From Utricularia gibba (lineage: Eukaryota > Plantae > Magnoliophyta): a DNA stretch of 41,444 nt. This document shows, piece by piece, positions 23,651 through 34,848 of the stretch. The DNA is taken from assembly GCA_002189035.1 (NCBI GenBank), contig NEEC01000093.1:1-41444 (forward strand). Reading direction: 5' to 3'. The notes beneath the pieces are model-generated. The model worked only from the letters and a program-made list of their open reading frames with translations, was not told the DNA's origin and did not search any database. Within the stretch, counting starts at the first letter, position 1. Every line of letters begins with the position of its first letter. A program made the position numbers and the translations under genes.

Positions 23651-26600
23651 ATTTCGCGGCATTATCATGCAGTTTTTCGGGTGTGCTCGGACCCTTGGAT
23701 TTCCCATATCAAGGGGTGCCCTGGCGCAACCTTCGCGATCGATACGATATCTTCCAAACCATTTAGAGTCACGTGACACAAAGCATCGTTTCGAAGCTCG
23801 TTTCGGGACGGTCATTTTTTGTGTTGGTAGCTTGCTCATTCGAAGAAAGTTCGAAGCTCGAAGGATGGCCATATATTAGCCTTCAATGGTGTCACAAAAT
23901 GGCCTAGCCATTGGGATGTTGCAGCTCGTTGGCCCGTTTTGATGCGAAAGTTGTTATCGGCTTCCAAAACTCGCGTGATTCACTAATATATGTTAAATTC
24001 TTGAATTTCGCGGCATTCTCATGCATTTTTTTGGGTGTGCTCGGACTCTAGGATTTCTCATATCATGGGGTGGCCTAGCGCAGCCTTCGCGATCGGTGCG
24101 ATATCTTCCAAACTGTTTAGAGTCACGCGACACACAGCATACCATTTCGAAGTTCATTCTGGGACGGTCTTTTTTGTGTTATGAGCTTGCTCATCCAAAG
24201 AAAGCCTTAATTTCAAAGATGTTTCGAAGCTCGAATGATGGCCTTATCTTTAGTTTCAATCGTTTCACAAAATGGCCATGCTATTGGGGACGTTTCGATT
24301 TGCCCGTTTAGATTAATTCATATAGGTGGTTAATTCAATCGTGGTTCTCGGCTTATCTTTAGTTTCAATCGTGGTTCTCGGCTTGCAAAATTCGCATGAT
24401 TAATTCATATAGGTGAAATTCTTGAATTTTCCAGCAATCTCATGCACTTCTTCGAGTGTGCTCGGAACCTGGGATTTCCTAGATCAAAGGGTGGCTTCAC
24501 ACAATCTTCACGTCCGATGCGATATCTTCTAAACCATTTGAAGTCACACAACACACAGCATACCCTTTCAAAGATCGTTTTGAGACTGTTATTTTTTTTG
24601 TTGGGAGCTCGTTCATTCGAAGAAGTTTCAAAGCTTGAATGATCGTCTTATGTTAGCCTTCGGTGGTGTCACTAAATTTCCTTGCCACTAGGGACGTTTC
24701 GATTAGTGGGCCCGCTTTGATGCAAAAGTGGTTCTCGGCTTTCAATATACACGTGATTCATCAATATAGGTGAAATTCTTTAATCTCGCAGCAATCTCAT
24801 GCACTTTTCCGAGTGTGCTCAAAACCTAGGATTTCCTAGACCAAAGGGTGGCTTCGCGCAGCCTTCACGCCCAATGCGATATCTTCAAAACCGTTTTGAG
24901 TCTTGCAACACACAACATACAAATCTCGTTCCTAGACGGTCATTTTTTTTGGGAGCTCGTTAATCCAAAGAAGTTTTGAAGCTCGAATGATCGCCTTATG
25001 TTAGCGTTCCGTGGTGTTACAAATAGCCTTGCCATTGGGGACGTTTGGATGCGAAAGTGCTTGTTGGCTTGCAAAACACACATGATATATTAATACAGGT
25101 GAATTTCTCGAATCTCTCAGCAATCTCATGCACTTCTCCGGGTGTGTTCGGAACTTAGGATTTCCTAGACCAAAGAGTGGCTTCACGCAGCCTTCATGAC
25201 CGATGCGATATGTTCAAAACCATTTGAAGTCACACGACACACAGCACACCGTTTCACAGCTTGCTCTGAGACGATCGTTTTTCGTGTCTGGAGCTTGTTC
25301 ATCCGAAGAAGTTTTGAAGCTCGAATGATCGCCTTCTGTTCGCCTTCAATGGTGTCACAAAATGGCCTTCCAATTGGGGACGTTGCGATTTGTGAGTCCT
25401 TTTTAATGCGAAAGTGGTTCTCAACTAGCAAAATACGCGTGATTCATTAATATAGGTGAAATTCTTGAATCTCGCAGCAATCTCCGGGTGTGCTTGGAAC
25501 CTGGGATTTCCTCGACCAATGGGCTGCCCCGCGCAACCTTCACGACCGATGCGATATCTTCCAAATTGTTTGGAGTCACGTCACACACAGCATACTGTTT
25601 CAAATCTCATTTCGAGACGGTCCTTTTTTGTGTTGGGAGCTCGTTCATCCGAAGATTTTTTGAAGCTCGAATGATCGCCTTATGTTAGCCTTCAACGGTG
25701 TCACAAAATGGCATTTCCATTTGGGACGTTGTGATTTGTGGGCCCGTTTTGATGCGAAAGTGCTTCTCGGCTTGCAAAACATGCATGATTTATTAATACA
25801 GGTGAAATTCTCGAATCTTGCTACAATCTCATGCACTTCTCCGAGTGTGCTCGGACCATTGGATTTCCTAGACCAAAGGGTGGCTTTGCGCAGCCTTCAC
25901 AAATGATGCGATATCTTCCACGTAACAGACAGCATAATGTTTCGAAGCCCGTTCCAAGATGGTTGTTTTTAGTGTTGGGAGCTCGTTCTTCTAAAGAAGA
26001 TTCAAAGTTTGAATGATGGCTTTATCTTAGGCTTCAATGATGTCACAAAATGGCCTTACCATTGGGGACGTTGCGATTTCTCTGCATATTTTGATGCGAA
26101 AGTGGTTCTCGGCATGCAAAACACACGTGATTCTTTAATACAGGTGAAATTCTTCAATCTCGCTGCAATCCCATGCACTTCTCTGGATGTGCTCGAATCC
26201 TGGGATTTCCTAGACCAAAGGGTGACCTCAAACAGCCTTAACGACCGATGCGATATCTTCCAAACCATTTTGAGCCACGCAACACACAGCATACCATTTC
26301 AAAGATCGTTCCGAGATGTTCGTTTTTTTTTGTGTTGAGAGCTCGTTCATCCGAAGAAGTTTTGATGCTCGAATGATCGCCTTATCTTAGGCTTTAATGG
26401 TGTCACAAAATGGCCTTGCCATTGGGGAGGTTGCGATTTCTTGGCTTGTATTGATGCGAAAGTGGTTTTCGACCAGCAAAACACGCGTGATTCTTTAATA
26501 TAGGAGAAATTCTTGAATTTCGCAGCAATCTCATGCACTTCTTTGGGTGTGCTCGAAACCTGGGATTTCCTAGACCAAAGGGTGGTGTCGTGCAACCTTC

Positions 26601-29220
26601 ACGACCGATGCGATATCTTCCAAACCGTTTGAAGTCACGCAACACACAGCATACAGTTTCGAAGCTTGTTCCAAGACGCTCGTTTTTTGTGTTCAGAGCT
26701 CATTCATCCGAAGAAGTTTCGAAGCTCGAATGATGGCCTTATTTAAGGCTTCAATGTGTCACAAAATGTCCTTGCCATTGGGGACGTTGCGATTTGTGGA
26801 CCCGTTTTGATGCGAAAGTGGTTCTCGACTTTCAAAACACGCATGATTCATTAACATAGGTGAAATTCTCAAATTTCACGACAATCTCATGCGTTTCTCC
26901 GAGTGTGCTCAGACCCTTATATTTCCTAGACCAAAGGGTGGCCTCGCGCAGCCTTCGCGACCGATGCGATATCTTCCAAACCATTTGAAGTCATGCAACG
27001 CACAGCATATTGTTTCAAAGCTTGTTCCGAGGCGATCGTGTTTTATCTTGAGAGCTCACTCATCCGAAGAAGGCTTGAAGCTCGAATGATAGACTTATGT
27101 TAGTCTTCAATGGTATCACAAAGTGTCCATGCCGTTGGAGACGTTGTGATTCATGACCCCTGTTTTGATGCAAAAGTGGTTTTCGGCTTGGAAAACATGC
27201 GAAATTGATTAATTGAGGTGTAATTTTTCAATTGCAAGGCAATCTCATGCACTTCTTCAGGTGTTTTCGGACTATGGAGATTTCCTAGACCAATGGATGG
27301 CCTCGCGTAGCCTTCGCTACCAACGTGATATCTTCTTAACTGTGCTGAGTCATGTTACACACAGTATACCATTCCTAAGCTTGCTCTAAGCGGTCGTGTT
27401 TTGTGTTGAAGGACTATTTATCCGAGAAAGGCTCGAATTTCGAATAATGGCTTTCTTTTAGCTTTGAGTGGTTTCACAAAGTGAACAGGCGGTTCGCAAT
27501 GTTGAAATTCAAGTTTCTCATTTTGATGCAAAAGTGAAATTTTGGATTTGTGAGGCAACCTCTTGCACTTCTTTGGGTGTGTTCAGACTAGGGGATTTCC
27601 CTAGAAAGAAGGGTGGCTTCACGTAGACTTCGCTGCCGATGCGCTCCAAACCATCTTGAGTCACGCAACACATAGCACCATTTCAAAGCTCATTCCAAGA
27701 TAGTCATGTTTTGTGTTGAGAGCTTGCTCATCCAAAGAAGGCTTGAAGCTCAAATGATGACCTTATGTTAGCCTTCAGTGGTATCACAAAGTGGTCATAC
27801 CATTGGGGACGTTGTGACCCGACCCTCATCTTGATGCAAAAGTTGTTTTTGGCTTGAAACACCTGCGAGAGTGATTGAATGAGGTGAAATTTTTCAAATG
27901 CGAGGCAATCTCATGCACTTCTCCGAGTGTGTTTGGATCATAAACCAAAGGGTGGCCTTGTGCAGTGTTCGCAATTGATGCGATATCTTCTAAATCGTGT
28001 TGAGTCACATTACATACAGTATACCGTTTCAAAACTCATTCTAAGGTAGTCGTCTTTTTTGTTTGAAAACCGTTTGTCTGAGGAAACCATTGAGCTCGAT
28101 TGTTGGCCTTATGTTAGCTTTCATTGATTTGACGAATCGGCCAGGTCGTTCACAACTTTACAATTCCGAGCTCCCATCTTGATGCGAAAGTGATTTTCGA
28201 CTTGCAAAGCATGTGAGATTGATTGATTTAAGTGTGATTTTGGATTTCAACAATCCCTTGCACTTTTGCAATTGTGTCCAAACTCATGGGATGTCCATAG
28301 ACTAAAAGGTGGCCTCGCATAGCATTTGCAATTGATGCAATATCTTTCAGACCATGTTGAGTCATGTTGAGCATAGCATACAGTAAATTGAACTGAGTGC
28401 ATTCGTAACCGTGTGAGGCCCCTTGAGCAAAGGATGCCTTTGTGCATCATTCGGTTCCCATGCGATATCTTTCAAATCGTGATGATTCATCCTACACACA
28501 ATATACTATTTCAAAGCTCGTTCTGTGCCGATCATGTTGGTCGAGGAAACCTAATGGTCCAATGACGGTTTGGTATAACAAAGTGGCCAGGACACTCAGG
28601 GTGATGTGATTTGGGACTCAAATTTTAACATGAAGGTCATTTTCGGTCTCTAGGTCATGTGAATATAATAACTAATATAAAATTTGGGTTTCCGATGCCA
28701 TCTTTTGCATTGCTTTGGTTCAAGCCCATGGGAGGTTTGTAGAGAAAAGGTGTATTCGCACACTATTTGCTTCCAACGCAATATTTTCCTAAATGTGATG
28801 ATTTATCCTACACAGTATATCATTTTGAACCTCATTCTAAGAAGTTATGTTTGTCCATGAAAGGCTGAATGTTCGATAAAGGCTTGGTGCTCGAAAAATA
28901 GCCTTATGTTAGACTTCAATTGTGGTACAAAGTGGCGAGTACATTCAAGAAAATGTGATTCAGCACTCTCATTTTGACATGAAGGCGATTTTAAATTTGC
29001 AAAATATGCAAGTATGATAAAATGGCATATAATGTTTGGTTTCATATGTGATTCTATGGATTGCCCCAAAAGCATTCAAACTTGAGGGAGGCCTCTTGAT
29101 CAAGTGGCGCATTCACGTATTGTTCACTTCCAATGTAATATTTTCATGGCAATCGCGTTGAGTCACGAAAGGCATGTCACACAATGATAGCTTGTTGCTT
29201 GAAAGATGGACTTATTTCTC
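23651..29220. repeat. Diverged edge of the same satellite (older subfamily, about 15 progressively decaying monomers)
   Basis: Motifs stay colinear and recognisable (aatctcatgcacttc, ttcctagaccaaagggtgg, gatgcgatatcttcc, gtcacaaaatgg/gtatcacaaagtgg) at about 320-420 bp spacing, with increasing indels and CpG loss. Last traces are cgcgttgagtcacg near 29,155-29,167 and gatggacttatttc near 29,205-29,220. The right boundary is approximate. Confidence 0.9.
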
Positions 29221-29359
29221 TCATACTCTTAGTCAAAACAATTATACATAGGGTGTCCATTTTTTTCACACAATATCCCGCACATGTTAACTGTGGTCAA
29301 TGATGGAGTAGGACCAACTGTTACCAAATCTTACTTTTATGAGTTGCTTGTTAGTTGGA

Positions 29360-29777
29360 GGGAGTTGATGGGCCGACACTCGCAATGATGGGAAAAGAGC
29401 TTAATAGACCGAGTTGGACGGATGGGTGTTCCGCCGGAATGAGTTGATGGGTCAAACCCACAATGATAGAAAAGGGCCTCGGGTGGGCTCATGGGGGAGA
29501 AAAAGGAATATTAAATTGGAGGTTAAGCGGCGGCTAAGCGGAGGAAGACGGGACGGAAAGAGGAAAATCGCTGGGAAGCTGGTGGGCGGCGGCGATCGGA
29601 GGGCATGGGCCAGGCGCGCGGAGGTTAGCTCCACGTAAGAAAACTGTCACTTTGGGTTATATCGCGTTATTGCCGGGAGTTGCCGTTTGTAAGCGGTGAA
29701 ATCTGTGATGTCAATGATACATATAGGTTAAAAGGCTCTCAAGGTGTGGTTTTTTTTTTTTTTTGTTGTTTATGTAG
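29360..29777 (+). promoter_or_regulatory. Putative ALG2 promoter/5' leader with site II motifs and a probable 5' UTR intron (29,635-29,777)
   Basis: TGGGCC at 29,369 and 29,606, TGGGCT at 29,484, and a GA/GC-rich leader-like stretch. A candidate donor GTAAGA at 29,635 and a T-rich acceptor ending ...tttatgtAG at 29,777 lie 42 nt before the ATG. No transcript evidence. Confidence 0.45.
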
Positions 29778-29819
29778 CTTCTGGATCTGGGATAGTATCA
29801 AAGAATAACTGAGATTATC

Positions 29820-32080
29820 ATGGCAAGCAAAGACTCTCCCAAATTGAATATAGCAATTATTCACCCTGATCTTGGAATAGGTAGGGTGTAATTCTTTCAA
29901 TTGATTGAGATTTTGTGCCATGCACTGGTTTAAAACGTTATTGAAGAATTGGAAAGTTCCTTTTGCCTCCAATAGCTTTTTCATGAAACATGATTGATAA
30001 ATAGTGGATGAGTACCAGGGGAAGGTAATTGTTCAGAGTTAGCCAAAAGTTGTTGTAATGATCTCAGGATTAATAGTTTGTCATCTTTGGGTTCAAGTTT
30101 TCATTTTCCATGAGTTTATTTAATCTTCAAGAGAAGATTCAGTTGTTCTCTTTCTTGTTTCTGCATGTAGTGTCCTTTTTCATTCGATGGCAGCTGTTTC
30201 CAAGTCTTCCATCATTGCAGGTGGCGCTGAAAGGTTAATTGTTGATGCTGCTGTTGAACTCTCATCTTATGGGCATAATGTGCACATATTCACATCACAC
30301 CACGATAAAACCCATTGCTTTGAGGAAACTGTCTCTGGTATGCTTTACAATTTCTTTCTTTTTTCTCGTTTTTAAATTTATCAGATTCAGTATTTCACTT
30401 TGCCATTATCTGATTATTTACAGGGACATTTCCAGTTACTGTTTATGGAACATTCCTACCTCGGCATATTCTTTACCGTTTCCATGCAGTGTGTGCATAT
30501 CTACGATGCATCGTTGTTGCACTCTGTGTGTTGTTTCTGTATCCAGCTTTCGACATTGTACTTGCAGATCAAGTTTCCATTGTCAATCCTCTGATGAAAT
30601 TGAAAAAGGCATCGAAGGTTTGCATGCGCTGAGCACAAAATGACCTTTTTCTGCATTAAGTAGTGTTAGTTTTTAGGCTAGTGATGCCAAGACTTTGGTT
30701 CTTTTAAATATAACACGCCAGCCTCTTGGAAGTGCAGTTATATATCCTGGTTTTATCTAGGTTGTTTTCTATTGCCATTTTCCGGACCTCTTACTGGCTC
30801 AACGCACAACCATACTTCAGCGACTTTATCGAAAACCAGTAGATTGGCTAGAAGAAATAACGACAGGTTGAGCTCTCAACAGCTTTTTTTCCTCTTCTTT
30901 GTTACTCTACTTGTATGCTCCTAAGTGTTATATAACTTTTTTACACCTCATAGGGATGGCTGATTTAATTCTTGTGAACAGCGAATTCACTGCTCTTACT
31001 TTTGCGAAAACGTTCAAGTTTTTAAGTTCTCGAGGTGTTAAACCTGCTGTACTTTATCCGGCTGTCAATGTTCATCATTTCAAGGAACCTGATGCTGGGA
31101 CCAGGTAGAAGAGACTGTAAACGTGTTTTTCAATTTCAGTTGGTTTCCTACTCATCTATTCTCACTTCTACCGCTCATCTATTACTCCATTGGTCCACTG
31201 TAGGTTAACTTTCTTGTCAATAAACCGTTTTGAGCGGAAAAAGAACATAGAGCTTGCTATATCTGCGTTTGCCATGCTCTGCAATAGCCATGAAAACGTT
31301 CTTCAAGACAACGCTTATAATGAACTCTCTTTGATCGTTGCTGGTATTCCTTCTCCTCTTTACATGGTTCGACCATGAGAAACTAACTCATGCTTCATAG
31401 GAATGGGTGTTCTTCAAAAGTATACATGGTTCGACCATGAGAAACTAACTCATGCTTCATAGGAATGGGTGTTCTTCAAAAGTATACGGACTTTAAATTC
31501 ATGCTCTTTGCATTAAGAATGTCATGCGCATTCATTTTTTCAGGTGGATATGATACGCGCCTCCGGGAAAATGTGGAGTACTTGGAGGAGCTCAAAACCT
31601 TGGCTGATAAACAAGGCATATTGCATCGTGTCCGGTTCATCACATCATGCTCTACAGCAGATAGAAATAATCTTCTTTCTCAGTGTCTCTGTGTGGTATA
31701 CACTCCTAAGGTCAGTCTGCCAAGCATGCACATTGCCTTTAAAATAAGATTGTGAGTAACCTCTTGTAGGATTGATCATGAATCAGGATGAGCATTTTGG
31801 TATTGTTCCAATCGAAGCAATGGCTGCACACAAGCCAGTCATTGCATGCGATAGCGGAGGTCCAGTTGAGACCATAAAACATGGGGTCACCGGTTACCTC
31901 TGTGAGCCTAGCTCCAAAGCATTCTCAGCAGCCATGGCTAACTTTGTTCATGATCCTCAACTGTCCAAAACGATGGGCAGAGAAGCTCGAGAGCATGTCT
32001 CGGAATCCTTCTCCACAGTAATATTTGGGCAGCGCCTCAATTCGCATGTTGTTGATATAGCTAGGAAAAAGAGCCAGTGA
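29820..32080 (+). CDS. ALG2: Alpha-1,3/1,6-mannosyltransferase ALG2 (GT4 family), 409 aa. Exons 29820-29880, 30221-30337, 30424-30617, 30761-30866, 30954-31104, 31204-31343, 31544-31710, 31787-32080
   Basis: Splicing at GT-AG sites gives 1,230 nt in frame: [31 protein letters not shown]...[12 protein letters not shown]...[11 protein letters not shown]...[13 protein letters not shown]...[17 protein letters not shown]...[12 protein letters not shown]...[11 protein letters not shown]. These are the hallmark ALG2 motifs, including the EX7E-type EHFGIVPIE motif. Confidence 0.95.
31361..31487. repeat. Perfect 62-bp tandem duplication in ALG2 intron 6
   Basis: tacatggttcgaccatgagaaactaactcatgcttcataggaatgggtgttcttcaaaagta starts at 31,361 and again at 31,423, followed by a further tac. 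Confidence 0.95.
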
Positions 32081-32687
32081 CCAATCTAAGATCTCGATCC
32101 AGGATGGAGAAGAGGTTGGTGATATCGTATGCGACTTTGTTTTCTTCTTGTGTATTTTTTCTATTTAAAGAAAAATACTTTGTTTAGTGGCAATGAGTGC
32201 TTATAAGTTAAACCGTGTTATAGAATGTGAGAGTTAAGCCAGAGTTTGGAAACATGGTAAAATATACAATGTATGTCAAATCGTTGGGATAGATTCTTTG
32301 TTCCTAATTTCTAAATAACTGGTTTCATAGCCAACTTTAATATTCCTGGTTGACCTTATCGAGTACTTAATGAATTTATTTGCCTTAGGCATTAGGCAGC
32401 CGGCCAAACAGTGATTTTAATTAGGTGGCCGCATTAACTAACTAAATTAGTGAAGAATCAATTGTGTGCGCTATGCTGCGCTACTTCTACTTGTCCCCTC
32501 CCAAAAATGTCAACGAACTGTTTATCCTGATTTGTTCCTGTCCATTCTACTCTATTTATTTCATCAGTCGTCATTCAGGAATCTAACATTTCACCATTCT
32601 AACCTCTGCCCTGGTTAAGTTCTGTTCTCTTTTGCGAACATTCATGGTGGTGAGAAACTGATTTTCTTCTGTGGGGTGGTTCCGAAA

Positions 32688-34662
32688 ATGGGGAGCAAGT
32701 TAGAGATCTGTTTGTTCTTTGTTTTGTTGGCGTGTAATCAACTTGTGAAGGGGTTTTATCTCCCTGGAAGTTATCCTCACAAATATGGAGTTGGGGATTT
32801 CTTAAATATGAAGGTGAACTCCTTGACCTCAATTGATACGGAGTTGCCTTTTGGGTATTACAGTTTGCCATTCTGTCAGCCAGAAGGGGCATCAAGGACA
32901 GTGCTGAAAATCTTGGGGAGCTTCTTATGGGTGATAGAATTGAGAATTCTCCATACAGATTTAGGATGCTCAAGAATGAGACTGAGCTCTTTCTTTGCCA
33001 AACAAAGCCTTTAGCTGCTCATGAATTCAACCTTTTCAAAACCAGGATTGATGAGATGTATCAGGTGAATGTGATTCTGGATAACTTGCCTGCCATTCGA
33101 TACACCCGCAGGGACAATTTTGTGTTGCGATGGACTGGTTACCCTATTGGTGCCAAGGTGGGGAAGAACTACTACGTGTATAATCACCTGAAGTTCAATG
33201 TTCTCGTTCATAAGAAGGAGATGAGTGATACTGTTAGCCGTGTGGTGGCATCCGGTGATCCCACTGCCGTCATCTCCAAAGATAAGAAGGATCAGGGATC
33301 GGAAGTTGCCCCTGAATACATGGTTGTGGGTTTTGAGGTTGTTCCTTGTAGTTTCAAGCACGATCTTGAATCTGTGAAGAACTTGAAGATGTACGACAGG
33401 TACCCATCTAAAATCAATTGCATTCCTAATGCTGTTGCGGCTCCAATCAAGGTAAACGAGCCGATCACATTCTCGTACGAGGTTTCCTTTGTTGAGAGTG
33501 ATACCAAGTGGCCATCACGGTGGGATGCTTATCTTAAAATGGAAGGAGCCAAAGTCCACTGGTTTTCAATTCTGAACTCATTGACTGTCATTGCTTTCTT
33601 GGCTGGAATCGTGCTGGTGATCTTCATTAGGACTGTTCGACGTGATCTTGCTAACTATGATGAGCTTGATAAGGAAGCGCAGGCCCAGATGACTGAATTA
33701 ACGGGATGGAAGCTTGTCGTCGGCGATGTCTTCCGTGCTCCCAATGATCCATCACTTCTCTGCGTCATGGTTGGAGATGGAATCCAGATTCTGGGAATGG
33801 GAATCGTGACTATTCTCTTCGCAGCTCTAGGATTCATGTCTCCGGCTTCACGGGGAGCTCTTCTGACAGGAATGCTCTTTTTCTACATGATCCTCGGATT
33901 CGCAGCCGGCTACGTCGGCGTTCGACTCTGGAGGACCATCTGGTGCGGCGAGCACAATGACTGGGCCTCAATCTCATGGAAAGTGTCTTGGTTTTTCCCT
34001 GGAATCGCCTTCCTGATACTCACAACTCTGAATTTCCTACTGTGGAGCAGTGGCAGCACCGGAGCTATTCCCTTTTCATCCTTCCTCGCCCTGATCTCAC
34101 TCTGGTTCTGCGTCTCCCTCCCCCTCACTCTCCTGGGCGGTTACTTCGGTTCCAAAGCTCCCTTCATTGAATTCCCAGTTCGAACAAACCAAATCCCACG
34201 AGAGATCCCACAGCAGAAGTACCCATCTTGGCTTCTAGTCCTCGGAGCCGGTACCCTCCCTTCGGCACTCTCTTCATTGAGCTCTTCTTCATCATGTCTA
34301 GCTTATGGATGGGGCGCGTGTACTACGTCTTCGGGTTCCTGCTCATCGTTCTAGCGCTACTAGTAGCTGTCTGCGCCGAAGTATCTCTGGTTTTGACGTA
34401 CATGCATCTCTGCGTGGAGGACTGGAAATGGTGGTGGAAATCCTTCTTCGCGTCGGGATCAGTCGCCATCTACATCTTCTTTTACTCGATCAATTACTTG
34501 ATCTTCGATCTCAAGAGCCTGAGCGGCCCGGTGTCGGCGGTGCTGTACATCGGGTACTCTCTCCTCATGGCGGCTGCGATCATGCTCGCGACGGGGGCCG
34601 TCGGATTCCTCTCGTCTTTCTGGTTCGTGCACTACCTCTTCTCCTCCGTCAAACTGGATTGA
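32688..34662 (+). CDS. TMN11: Transmembrane 9 superfamily (TM9SF/EMP70, TMN11-like) protein; single coding exon, 658 aa after restoring two missing bases (~32,886-32,889 and ~34,258-34,260)
   Basis: A signal peptide precedes FYLPGSYPHKY. The sequence continues through KVNSLTSI, [GIKDSAENLGELL]MGDRIENSPY, WPSRWDAYLKM, VHWFSILNS, GWKLVVGDVFR, PVRTNQIPREIP and [LPFGTLFIELFF] to a C-terminal SSVKLD (KxD/E Golgi-retention type motif). Three ORF-track pieces join with +1 nt at each junction. The paralogue assignment is from memory of the family. Confidence 0.93.
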
Positions 34663-34848
34663 GTGGGACCACTCGCGGTATCTTGTCTGAGTGGGAAAAT
34701 CGGATTATGAATATTATTATTTAAAATAGATTAAATTATGTGGGAAAATCAGACGATGTTTTCGTTTCAATAATCCTTTTTCAAATTTCAAAATAAAAAA
34801 TTTTAGTTAAGATTTTCACCCGATTTATGTTTTTTTATTATTTTCTCC

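Noticed and set aside
172-28450. Hundreds of 60-140 aa ORFs, including an 80-aa MRF(S/Y)(E/G)CAR...HKM(A/V) ORF in most monomers; the 357-bp period is divisible by 3
   Set aside because: They are translations of the repeat. Differences between copies frequently change amino acids or shift frame, overlapping frames and the opposite strand are similarly open, all frames meet stops, and I recognise no domain.
1-29220. CRISPR array or rDNA (45S/5S) gene cluster
   Set aside because: There is no repeat-spacer alternation and the context is eukaryotic. No full-length 5S, 5.8S, 18S or 25S sequence is present; only the short gapped 5S-like blocks reported as a finding.
29414-29984. ORF-track ORFs in the boundary region and antisense ORFs over TMN, KNOX and the PB1 gene
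   Set aside because: They are low-complexity or shadow frames of real genes and leaders, with no recognisable motifs.
31765-31772. Alternative ALG2 exon 8 acceptor ctcttgtAG at 31,769
   Set aside because: It yields GAT TGA, an immediate stop. The downstream CAG at 31,786 gives the conserved DEHFGIVP.
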